Shown piece after piece: positions 11,558 through 20,234 of a stretch of 64,000 nucleotides of DNA (within the stretch, counting starts at the first letter, position 1; the number at the start of each line of letters is the position of its first letter). This DNA comes from an uncultured Ignavibacteriaceae bacterium. Lineage in GTDB: Bacteria > Bacteroidota > Ignavibacteria > Ignavibacteriales > Ignavibacteriaceae. Made by a program: the position numbers and the translations under genes. Under the pieces are notes generated by a model. That model was given only the letters and a program-made list of their open reading frames with translations, made no database searches and was not told where the DNA came from. The stretch lies in NCBI GenBank assembly GCA_963790385.1, contig CAWBOG010000004.1, positions 11,945 to 75,944 on the forward strand. The letters run 5' to 3'.

Positions 11558-12028
11558 TTAAAAGAAAAACCAGCCGTGACTTCCCGCTGCAGCACCGATA
11601 ATTGTTGTTACACTTAGTAAAGAAGAAGAAGATGCATTTTATAAATCCTTCTATAAGTATCCTCCTGATCAATCTCAGCTTCCTCTCGCATTTTTTTAAA
11701 CGAGGGGTTCACGAACAAACAAGAGTAAAGTGAAAATCAACCATATTAAAACCATCAAATTCATCCACCAATATGAGAAATCAATAAATCGCTCCCACAT
11801 ATTCAATCTTACAACCATGTGGAAAACCCGTTAATCCAACCAATAAAGTTGTTATGTGGGCCTGTTTTGCAAACCTGTGTTCAGTTCTTTCAAAAAATCA
11901 ATTCGCTCTTCTTTAGATTTGAATTCCTTAACTGTGGGAAACAATACTGTCTTTGCAAATCCAACTCCTCCAATCCACAATACGACATCTACAATTTGTA
12001 AAATTCTTGCAATGGCTATTTCGTACAT
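11558..12028 (-). pseudogene. relic of a small multi-TM membrane protein gene (several frame breaks)
   Basis: Reverse strand has ATG at 12028 with GAAGGA upstream (MYEIAIARILQIVDVVLWIGGVGFAKTVLFP...), then a stop after ~59 codons. Hydrophobic coding-like segments continue in other frames (..MWERFIDFSYWWMNLMVLIWLIFTLLLF.., ..LLSVTTIIGAAAGSHGWFFF*). Confidence 0.3.
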
Positions 12029-12121
12029 ATTAAATCCTTCTCAATTATTAATTGGTTTTTAAAATTCTTTTAATATGAAAATACTAAAGGTTATATAGTT
12101 AAGATAAGTTTAAAATAAGCA

Positions 12122-12141
12122 GGCCACCTCAAAGGGTGGCC
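12122..12141 (-). terminator. hairpin terminator candidate downstream of 12166..14055
   Basis: GGCCACC-tcaaag-GGTGGCC perfect 7-bp GC-rich stem, 25 nt past the stop of the minus-strand gene. On the minus strand it is followed by gcttatttta. Confidence 0.5.
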
Positions 12142-12165
12142 CAACGGATACATTGTCAATTTAAT

Positions 12166-14055
12166 CTATTTTATTAAAATCATCTTCTTAGTTTCAACAT
12201 AGTTACCAGCTTCAATTCTGTAGAAGTAAATTCCTGAAGGATAGCTAGTCGCATCAAAAGTCACTTCATAATTTCCTATCTGAAGTTCCTGACTTACTAA
12301 TTGAGCGATTTCCTGTCCTATTGTGTTATAAACTTTGATCTTCACAAAAGATGTTTGTGGAACAGAATATTTAATATTTGTAGATGGATTAAACGGATTT
12401 GGATAATTTTGTGAAAGTGAATAATTAGCTGGAATTACTTCATCTTCTTCGACTGATACTGGGCCCGAACATCCATAGGCTGCAACTACATCAAATGGTC
12501 CAAAAAGAGAGTAGACAGCAAAGCAACTGTCATTATCTGAATACCTGAATCCTGGTTTAATTCCAACCAATCCTGAGATCGTACTCTGACCATTCATCAT
12601 AGATACATTTTGTGGCCAACTACCCTGACTGTTTGTGCCAATGAAGCGTAAAGAATCTGGCGTTCCATCAACCCGCCAAGCAAAATAATGTTTAGGTTGG
12701 TTTCTTACTCCTACAATATCAGGTTGGTTTGAACTGCTTGTCCCACTTCCTTGCAATGTAGATTGAAACATAGTAGTAAAATCTCCGAAATTAACAGTTC
12801 GGAAATATTTAATCCGCCAAATTGAATTAGTATTTTGTCTGAAGACACAAATAATACTTCCATTATCATTACCATTAGAGGATAACCGTGCAAATTGTTT
12901 ATGATCGGATGCTTCTGTGCCGCCTATAAATCCACCGGCTCCTGTTGCTGTACCCGGGCCATTGCTTATATCGCCCTTAGCAAAAAATATTTTTGTTGTA
13001 TCGGGTATGTTTGAATAAGATACAATAATCGAGTCACTGCTGTTTTGGAAATAAGCTATATCTGAATGAAGATCAACTATATAATTTGTTGAAGTATTCC
13101 ACCAGAACTTATCAGCTTTGTATTGAATTGTTGGAGTGGTAATGTAAGGATTTGTGCATCTCAAAGTTTTCTGTGAATTATATCTACCGGAACCTCCTGT
13201 TGATGAATCAAATGAAGCCACCATATAAACATATGCAAGGCTTGGATAGGTTGCATTATCAGATGTTATTCGTAATCTGTAATATCTTTTTGTGTCATCG
13301 TCTCCTGGCCAAGAAAGTCCAAAAAGGTTTCCGGCAAAAGTTGGAGTTTGTAACACAAAACCTCCGGTTCGCCATCTTCCTGAACTTGCATCGTTTCTAT
13401 ATCCGTAAACCATCCATACAAATTTTTCACCTGAAGTATTTTCAATTATCTCCATATCCATTTCATCATAATTGATTTGATCGGTTCCGCCCAACCAAGC
13501 ATATGCATAATAATTCCAATTCATACCCGCATTGTCAGAATAATATACGCGGATTGTATCTCGTTCACCTGTTGTCCTGAATGAAAAGGCTACCCACATT
13601 CTGCCAGCTGTTGTGCCTCTTTGTTCAGTTGCGGTTGCAATTGAAGAAACGAATTTAGTTCCTGAGTTGTAAATTTCTACATTACCAATTGCCTCTGGTA
13701 TAAATGAATGAATCTCATTGTACGCTGGTGCCACACCGCCATTATAATTTTCGGCAGGCTTAGAAAGGGAATTAGGATTCAGAGATTCTAGTTGCGCTTC
13801 GAGATTAAGAATCTGATTGAGTTTACTCCGATCGTTGGTTTGTCTGAGTTGCTGGATTTGATTGATAATTTGTTTTTCTTCCGCTGTTCTCTCAGATCTG
13901 ACTGGTAATCCGGAAACATCTTCCGGATCGTGTGAATTATTACCATTGTATTGCACATTAGTTTTAAATATACCAGTTTCCTGTGCAAGAGCTGTTTGTT
14001 TGGTTAATAAAAAGAGAAATGAAAAGAAAATTAATGAGAGTATGAAATATCTCAT
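12166..14055 (-). CDS. secreted protein of unknown function with T9SS C-terminal sorting domain
   Basis: Intact 629-aa ORF with GGAGGT RBS and a signal peptide (LFLLTKQTALAQE). C-terminal SQNYPNPFNPSTNIKYSV...KKMILIK. Confidence 0.75.
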   Translation of the reverse strand: MRYFILSLIFFSFLFLLTKQTALAQETGIFKTNVQYNGNNSHDPEDVSGLPVRSERTAEEKQIINQIQQLRQTNDRSKLNQILNLEAQLESLNPNSLSKPAENYNGGVAPAYNEIHSFIPEAIGNVEIYNSGTKFVSSIATATEQRGTTAGRMWVAFSFRTTGERDTIRVYYSDNAGMNWNYYAYAWLGGTDQINYDEMDMEIIENTSGEKFVWMVYGYRNDASSGRWRTGGFVLQTPTFAGNLFGLSWPGDDDTKRYYRLRITSDNATYPSLAYVYMVASFDSSTGGSGRYNSQKTLRCTNPYITTPTIQYKADKFWWNTSTNYIVDLHSDIAYFQNSSDSIIVSYSNIPDTTKIFFAKGDISNGPGTATGAGGFIGGTEASDHKQFARLSSNGNDNGSIICVFRQNTNSIWRIKYFRTVNFGDFTTMFQSTLQGSGTSSSNQPDIVGVRNQPKHYFAWRVDGTPDSLRFIGTNSQGSWPQNVSMMNGQSTISGLVGIKPGFRYSDNDSCFAVYSLFGPFDVVAAYGCSGPVSVEEDEVIPANYSLSQNYPNPFNPSTNIKYSVPQTSFVKIKVYNTIGQEIAQLVSQELQIGNYEVTFDATSYPSGIYFYRIEAGNYVETKKMILIK

Positions 14056-14414
14056 AAGTTACCTCCTTATAGATTGTGAATAAATTTGATTCTGGGTCAG
14101 AATTTTTGTGAAGATTCTAAAAAATCTTCAGGTTTTTTGAACATCATATTTTCAATATAATTATATCCTTCATTGTATTCAAACTTTTCCTAATAATAAA
14201 AAAATTATTAGACTATAACTTTAATTAAATAAAAATTACTTGATATAGATTAATGAAAGTCATCCAACAGTACAAAAAGGACTGAGAGTATTTTAATTGA
14301 GTTTGCAATTAAGGCTGAGGTATTGAAAAAAAATGTTAAATGAAAATTAATTTTGTATCTCTTACTCCGTGCCTGGTATCTTACAGTGTCCGATGAGCTT
14401 TGTTTAATATGATC

Positions 14415-14560
14415 ATCTATCGCATATACTATGCCATCTTCAATACGAGTATTATTTTAGAGTGAATGAATAGTTTTTCGACCACGAGGCCACTTTTGTT
14501 TTACTGAAGGTAAATGATATCGCCATTATTATCTTTCTTTTTTGCCATATCTGCCGTAAA
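14415..14560 (-). pseudogene. degenerate relic copy of the 3' end of the adjacent symporter gene
   Basis: About 70 percent identity by eye to 14885..15020 (for example ttttgccatatctgccgt is shared exactly). Translation contains multiple stops. Confidence 0.5.
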
Positions 14561-14808
14561 AATGATTAAAACTTCGAAGAAAATTATTTTGGTTTTCAAC
14601 TGAAAAATATAATTCAGACGGAATAAAGACTCAATTTTTACTGTAATTTTATTTTAGGGCAGGAGTAATAATGTGTATAAAGCGGCAAATTAGATTCTCT
14701 AAAACGCATGCGTTTTTTTTGAATTTAAAATAATAACATCATCCTCCATCTTAGTTTTAGGGGAAAAATGTATTTAGTTAAAACGTAAACATTGAAATAG
14801 TAGTTAGT

Positions 14809-16909
14809 TTACATTTCTTTCTCGGCAGTATGCATCTTACCTGCAACAAATTGCCCTTGATCGAGGTGATCTTTCGTCAAATAAACTATACCATCTTCGT
14901 TATGGGTTTCACCGAATATCGAATGAATTGATTTTAAACCACCAAGCCACTTTCGTTTATCTGAAAGGTAGATAAGATCCCCAATATTTGCTTTCATTTT
15001 TGCCATATCTGCCGTTGAAAAGTTAAGTGTATCATCATCACCAGATTTTAGTTTCAATCTGACTTCAACTTTTTTTCCCTCAGCATCATTTATTTTTCCA
15101 CCCTTAAAATATTTTTTTGTCTTGTCGAGTGACCAAACAGTTAAGCCATCCGTTTTTTCGATTTCGTTATATTCTATGAAATAGTCGGATGAAATTATTA
15201 CTGTAAATATCAAAAGAATAATTATTCCAAAGGACATGGTCAGAGATGTCAAATTAAAAACTATAATTGCTAAAAAAATCACAGCGAGAATCAGAATTCC
15301 AAACATTAGTGATCGGTGATTTGGCATTTTTCTAATATTAACGATAAGTTTTTGTTGCTGATTCTGAGTTATGGTAGCTAATACTGCAACAGCTATACAA
15401 ACAAAAAGATTGTATAGTGCACCTATATAAATGTAGGGGTGTTCTGGAATGTATTCAGTACCGTGCGCAAATATTTGAATTAATGGAACTGGATAATACA
15501 TCCCCAGAACCATCAATGCTACACCTCCAACAAAAGTTGAGATGACGGCAGTGTTGGTAAATTTTTTCCAGAAGATTCCAAAGAAAATTCCGACTACAAG
15601 TGGTGGAGTCAGATGTCGAATGAAAATATCCATGAGCTTCATATACAGTTGGGAAATAACTGAATGGAATTACAGCCAATACTCCCAAAATAGTAAATAT
15701 TGCTGTAGCAATTCTTGCAGACAAAAGTTCCTGCTTATCTTCTTCTTTCCACGTTAGTACTTTTTTAGATAACCATTTTTTTGCAGGGCGATGAACATCA
15801 TTAATGTAAATTGCTGCAATGGCATTTAGGAGCGTGTCTACTGTTGACATAAGTGCAGCCGTCAATGCAGCCATAATAAAACCAAATACTCCGGGATGTG
15901 AAATTACATTCGCCACTACCACAAAGATTGCATCAGGATCTGTATTTGGGCTAATAACTTCGAAGGATTTATTAGTGATATAGCTTTGCCAATCCATCCA
16001 GCATTTCCAACTACTATTGCCGAAATTGGTAACATAAACAGAATATTAAAAGTGGCAGCTTTTCTTCCTTCATCAACACTTTTGCATGACATAAATCGCA
16101 TTATCAAACCCATATTCATAAATAAAAATCCTATTGAACCGGCAACACCATCCTGCCAGAAAATTCCGACAAAGTTAAAACCGGGTGGTTCATTAAAATT
16201 TGCAAGAGGAAGTTTCCATTCGACTGGCAATAAATTCCAAAATATATCAAAACCACCCAGATAAGAAATACCTAAAAAGAAAACAAGTCCGCCTGCAAAT
16301 ATTAATATGAATCCCTGAGCCAGATCTGTGAAAATTACAGCAGTTTGACCCCCGTAAGTAATGTAAATACCAACGATCAAAGCAATGACACAAACCAAGA
16401 CCCATTAAAGTTATTTGAATATTAATACCGAATATTTCAAAGCTCGGCGGTAAAAGTGGAAGGATGGCTTTACCCATGGTTAACAATCCGATGCCGACAT
16501 AACCAATCATATAAAGCAGAAAAAGAATTGTTGCAAGAAATCGAGTAGCGGGAGAAAATCTTTTTTCAAAGTATTCAGGGATTGACCTGATTTTTGTATA
16601 GACTATTATTGGAAGCCAGCCGAAAATAAAAAATGGAAGAAAAAACCAGTCATTCATGTAAGTCATCGTGGATGATAGACCAGCTTCAAAACCTTTTGCA
16701 GAATATTTAATAAAACTATGACTTCCCACACCTGTAGCAACAATACTCATAGCAATAAGCCACCAGGCAAATCGCCTTCCACCAAAGAAAAAATCGTTTG
16801 TCGTTCGATTATATTTTCCAAAGTAGGAACCAAATAACATAATTCCGATAAAGTAAATAATCATTACTATCCAATCGGTTGAAGTGCCTATGCTATGATA
16901 TGTTTGCAT
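14809..16909 (-). pseudogene. sodium:solute symporter (SSS) family transporter with extra C-terminal soluble domain; three frame breaks
   Basis: Collinear ORFs 16247..16909, 15916..16398, 15455..15997 and 14809..15642 together give a ~13-TM SSS-like protein. It carries a ~110-aa hydrophilic tail (..KVEVRLKLKSGDDDTLNFSTADMAKMKANIGDLIYLSDKR..). Confidence 0.75.
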
Positions 16910-16923
16910 TTTTTAAAAAATTA

Positions 16924-17136
16924 TTAGAGATATAATGCAGCAATGATGAGAAATGCATGAATGATTAAATAATAAAAGAATCCAAAAATCAAAATCCGCC
17001 ACCAGTATTTATGTCGACTTTTATTGAAATCAACGCTTCCAGCCTTTTTTACCAGAATCATTCCGCTTAAAAAGAATATTCCTCCAACTCCGTAAAGGTA
17101 AATAAATGGTAGCCAGGACTGTTCGAATGTTGGCAT
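16924..17136 (-). CDS. 70-aa two-TM membrane protein (paralog A), possible transporter accessory subunit
   Basis: MPTFEQSWLPFIYLYGVGGIFF...IIHAFLIIAALYL. More than 55 percent identical to the adjacent 17153..17365 product; sits 15 nt upstream of the SSS gene. Confidence 0.6.
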   Translation of the reverse strand: MPTFEQSWLPFIYLYGVGGIFFLSGMILVKKAGSVDFNKSRHKYWWRILIFGFFYYLIIHAFLIIAALYL

Positions 17137-17152
17137 TATGTTTTCAATTTAA

Positions 17153-17365
17153 TTAGATGTAAAGTGCTGCAATTATTAGAAATGCATGAATAATTACAAA
17201 AAAGAAAAAGCCGCCAATGAGTACTGATAGCCATCTCCTGTGATATTTTTTTTGGAGATTTAAAGACCCACTTTTAACAATTATAAAAATGCCGAAGAAA
17301 AAAAATATACCACCAATTCCATACAAGTAAATAAATGGTAACCAACTATTAAAAAATGAAATCAT
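17153..17365 (-). CDS. 70-aa two-TM membrane protein (paralog B)
   Basis: MISFFNSWLPFIYLYGIGGIFF...IIHAFLIIAALYI. Tandem duplicate of 16924..17136. Confidence 0.6.
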   Translation of the reverse strand: MISFFNSWLPFIYLYGIGGIFFFFGIFIIVKSGSLNLQKKYHRRWLSVLIGGFFFFVIIHAFLIIAALYI

Positions 17366-17481
17366 GTATAAAGAAAATCAATTAAAATTTTGCGAATTTT
17401 CTGAAGAAAGTTAGTAATGGAGAGTTAAAGATTCAAATTAATTAAATATTAATTTATCTAAATGATTTGATTTAAAATTAA

Positions 17482-18057
17482 TCAGGTTAAAATTGACTCA
17501 AGACTTTTAAACATTAATTCTTTCATACTTACCTTTTTTCCTTCAGTATCGAATTCTTTTAATATATTACTGAACAGTAGTCCCCAGCTATGATGAACAA
17601 TAAAGTAGGGAAGAGACAAATTCATACTTTCTATTCGACCAGTATAAATGGAGCTTAGTATTAGACCAACAACTTCCGTTTCTTTTTGTAATAGGTCTTG
17701 AAGAATTTGTTTTTCTTTTTCAAGAGAATCATCTTTTAATAAAGCCAACATTAGGTCATATATTAATTTATACCGATGATTAGTTGTCTCCTTAAATGCA
17801 AAATATTCCAGCAATCTGGCACCAACTGGTAGTTCCTGATTATTAAATATAGATTTTATGTCTTCAATAAATTGTGAAGATTGGAAGTTTATCGAGCTGT
17901 AAAAAAGATCATCTTTTGATTTGAAGTAATGGTAGATTGTCGGTTTGCCGATGCGAACATCACGTGCAATTTCATCAAGTGTTGTTTTACCAAATCCATG
18001 CCTGCTAAAACGTTTTGATGCAGCACGAACAATTTCTTCCTGTCGCTGTTTAGCCAA
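17482..18057 (-). CDS. TetR/AcrR family transcriptional regulator
   Basis: 191 aa with an N-terminal TetR HTH (FSRHGFGKTTLDEIARDVRIGKPTIYHYFKSKDDLF). Confidence 0.85.
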   Translation of the reverse strand: MAKQRQEEIVRAASKRFSRHGFGKTTLDEIARDVRIGKPTIYHYFKSKDDLFYSSINFQSSQFIEDIKSIFNNQELPVGARLLEYFAFKETTNHRYKLIYDLMLALLKDDSLEKEKQILQDLLQKETEVVGLILSSIYTGRIESMNLSLPYFIVHHSWGLLFSNILKEFDTEGKKVSMKELMFKSLESILT

Positions 18058-18068
18058 GATATTTTTTT

Positions 18069-18329
18069 CTAATTAGTTCGGGAGAATAGCTCTTCAATTA
18101 TCCCAGCTTCTGTTTCTTTATCAATAGTGGTATCCTCATCAGTCTTAGTTTTCGCACTTGCTTCGAAAATATCATCAATACCTTCGTAGAATTTATTTTT
18201 ACGTTCACGTTTATTTTTATTGGTTTTGTTAAGGAATTTTGAACCAAAATATATAACTAGCCCTGTGCTAAGTATTCCCCCGATGATCAAACCATACAGT
18301 AGATAATTTGAATTGTTTTTCTTCATCAT
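18069..18329 (-). CDS. 86-aa membrane-anchored hypothetical protein
   Basis: Single N-terminal TM (YLLYGLIIGGILSTGLVIYF) followed by a charged tail. Lies on the same strand between the SSS and TetR genes. Confidence 0.5.
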   Translation of the reverse strand: MMKKNNSNYLLYGLIIGGILSTGLVIYFGSKFLNKTNKNKRERKNKFYEGIDDIFEASAKTKTDEDTTIDKETEAGIIEELFSRTN

Positions 18330-18399
18330 TCATCCTGAATATTATTTATATGTTCAATTGAAATATATAAATTCCTCATAAATATTCAACTAAAATAAA

Positions 18400-20091
18400 T
18401 CACATCGTTTGAGGTTTAATAAATTTACTTATAATAAATGCTCCTACAACTACTGTCAGACAGCCGACAACATTATACCAAAGAAAGGGAATTTCTGTAA
18501 AGATGTAACAATATAAAACCAATAATTCGGCAATTATTGCAGCAAGAAAAGTTGGTGTTCCGGAAACTTTTTTTAGATAAAAGGCAGTCAGAAAAATTCC
18601 CAAAATAGTTCCATAAACTAATGAACCAAGTATGTTTACTGCTTCGATAAGTGAACCAAGCTCTTTTGCGAGAAGTGCAAATAGGATTGCATATACACCC
18701 CAAAACATTGTAGCTAATTTTGAAATTTTCAGATATTGTCTGTCGTCCGCATCGTTTTTTATTAATCGTTTATAAAAATCTATTACGGTTGTTGATGCAA
18801 GAGCATTTAATTCTGCAGAGGTTGAAGACATCGAAGCCGATAGTATTGCAGCGATAAGTAATCCCACAAAACCGATCGGCAAAAAGTTTATAATGAAAGT
18901 GAGAAAAATAAAATTAGTGTCGTTGGAATCAGCATTCGGGTCATTATTTTTAATAATCTCAACAGCACTTTTTTTAAGTTCATCTGCTTCATTTTGTTTC
19001 TCAACAATGATTTGAGTTTGGGTTTCAATCGCTAATTTATCATCACTTTTAATTGAAGAGATAAGTGATTTTAATTCCTTCTGTTTCTCTTTATTTATTT
19101 CAGAATATTTATTTTCGATGGCTTCATATTCCGGGGCATAACTTCCTGATTTTACTTTAGCTTCTTCAACCGGATTGAAAAATAGTGGTGGAGTGACAAA
19201 CTGGAAAAAGACAAAAACCATAGCTCCGATAAATAAAATAATAAATTGCATTGGTATTTTGACTAACCCATTAGTAAGCAGTGCTAACCTGCTTTGTTTT
19301 ATGGAACTACCTGCAAGATATCTTTGAACCTGAGATTGATCAGTTCCGAAATATGAGAGCATTAAAAAAGTTCCACCGATAATTCCCGACCAAAAAGTAT
19401 AGCGATTATTTAAATCAAAAGTAAAATCAATTGCATTTAGTTTTCCCATTTTCCCCGCAATGTATACTGCATCAATTAATGATACTTCTTCCGGCAATTG
19501 AGAAATTAAAATAAAAAAAGCTGAAAACATTCCGACGGTAATTATCAACATTTGAAGAAAATGTGTTTTGTTTACTGCAACTGTTCCACCGACAGTAGTG
19601 TAAATTATGACCATAACACCAACAATGATAATTGTTATGTTCATTTCCCAACCAAGAATAACAGATAATATTAATGATGGAGCGTAGATCGTAAAGCCAG
19701 CCGCTAATCCTCTTTGTGTAAGAAACAATGCACTGCCGAGCATCCTGTTTTTTAAGTCGAGACGTTTTTCTAAATATTCGTAGGCTGTATAAACATTTAA
19801 CTTGTTATAGATGGGAACTGCTGTGATAGAAAGTATTATCATAGCGATAGGTAAGCCAAGATAAAATTGAACAAAGCGCATTCCGTCAACATAAGCTTGT
19901 CCCGGAGTTGAGAGGAATGTAATTGCACTTGCTTGCGTTGCCATAATTGATAACGCCACAAGCCACCATTTAGATGTTCTTCCTGCACGGAGATAAGTAT
20001 CAACATCAGCAGCATTTCTCGACTTCCAGGTTCCATAAATAACAACAAAACCGATGAAGCCTGACATCACAATCCAGTCGAGATTACTCAT
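18400..20091 (-). CDS. sodium:solute symporter (SSS) family transporter
   Basis: Intact 563-aa polytopic ORF with SSS-type N-terminus and a long hydrophilic loop (aa ~320-400). Confidence 0.8.
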   Translation of the reverse strand: MSNLDWIVMSGFIGFVVIYGTWKSRNAADVDTYLRAGRTSKWWLVALSIMATQASAITFLSTPGQAYVDGMRFVQFYLGLPIAMIILSITAVPIYNKLNVYTAYEYLEKRLDLKNRMLGSALFLTQRGLAAGFTIYAPSLILSVILGWEMNITIIIVGVMVIIYTTVGGTVAVNKTHFLQMLIITVGMFSAFFILISQLPEEVSLIDAVYIAGKMGKLNAIDFTFDLNNRYTFWSGIIGGTFLMLSYFGTDQSQVQRYLAGSSIKQSRLALLTNGLVKIPMQFIILFIGAMVFVFFQFVTPPLFFNPVEEAKVKSGSYAPEYEAIENKYSEINKEKQKELKSLISSIKSDDKLAIETQTQIIVEKQNEADELKKSAVEIIKNNDPNADSNDTNFIFLTFIINFLPIGFVGLLIAAILSASMSSTSAELNALASTTVIDFYKRLIKNDADDRQYLKISKLATMFWGVYAILFALLAKELGSLIEAVNILGSLVYGTILGIFLTAFYLKKVSGTPTFLAAIIAELLVLYCYIFTEIPFLWYNVVGCLTVVVGAFIISKFIKPQTM

Positions 20092-20234
20092 TCAAAAGCC
20101 TTTGTGAACACGTAGAAAATAAATACTAGTGCAACCAGCGTGAAGAATACAAATCCATATAGTTTATTCCAGCTGCCGAAGATTGGAGGTTTATCATCTT
20201 CGACAATTGTTTTTTCATCATCAACTTTATTCAT
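20088..20234 (-). CDS. 48-aa single-TM micro-protein translationally coupled to the SSS transporter
   Basis: Not in the ORF track because it is under 60 aa. MNKVDDEKTIVEDDKPPIFGSWNKLYGFVFFTLVALVFIFYVFTKAFE. Its ATG lies 8 nt inside the end of the upstream gene, and its TGA overlaps the SSS ATG (ATGA). Confidence 0.55.
   Translation of the reverse strand: MNKVDDEKTIVEDDKPPIFGSWNKLYGFVFFTLVALVFIFYVFTKAFE

Noticed and set aside
11819-12062. Plus-strand ORFs 11819..12001 and 11856..12062
   Set aside because: They have no RBS and odd composition, and they lie antisense to a better-supported, though frame-broken, minus-strand membrane-protein relic starting at 12028.
14110-14140. tgaagatt-ctaaaa-aatcttca hairpin followed by ggtttttt
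   Set aside because: It looks terminator-like on the plus strand, but no plus-strand gene ends upstream. It lies in the promoter region of the divergent 14055 start, and the AT-only stem is weak.
14701-14720. aaaacgcatgcgtttt + T-run as a terminator
   Set aside because: The GC core is only cgc/gcg with a 2-nt loop, so a stable hairpin is unlikely. The T-run is on the plus strand, where no gene ends.
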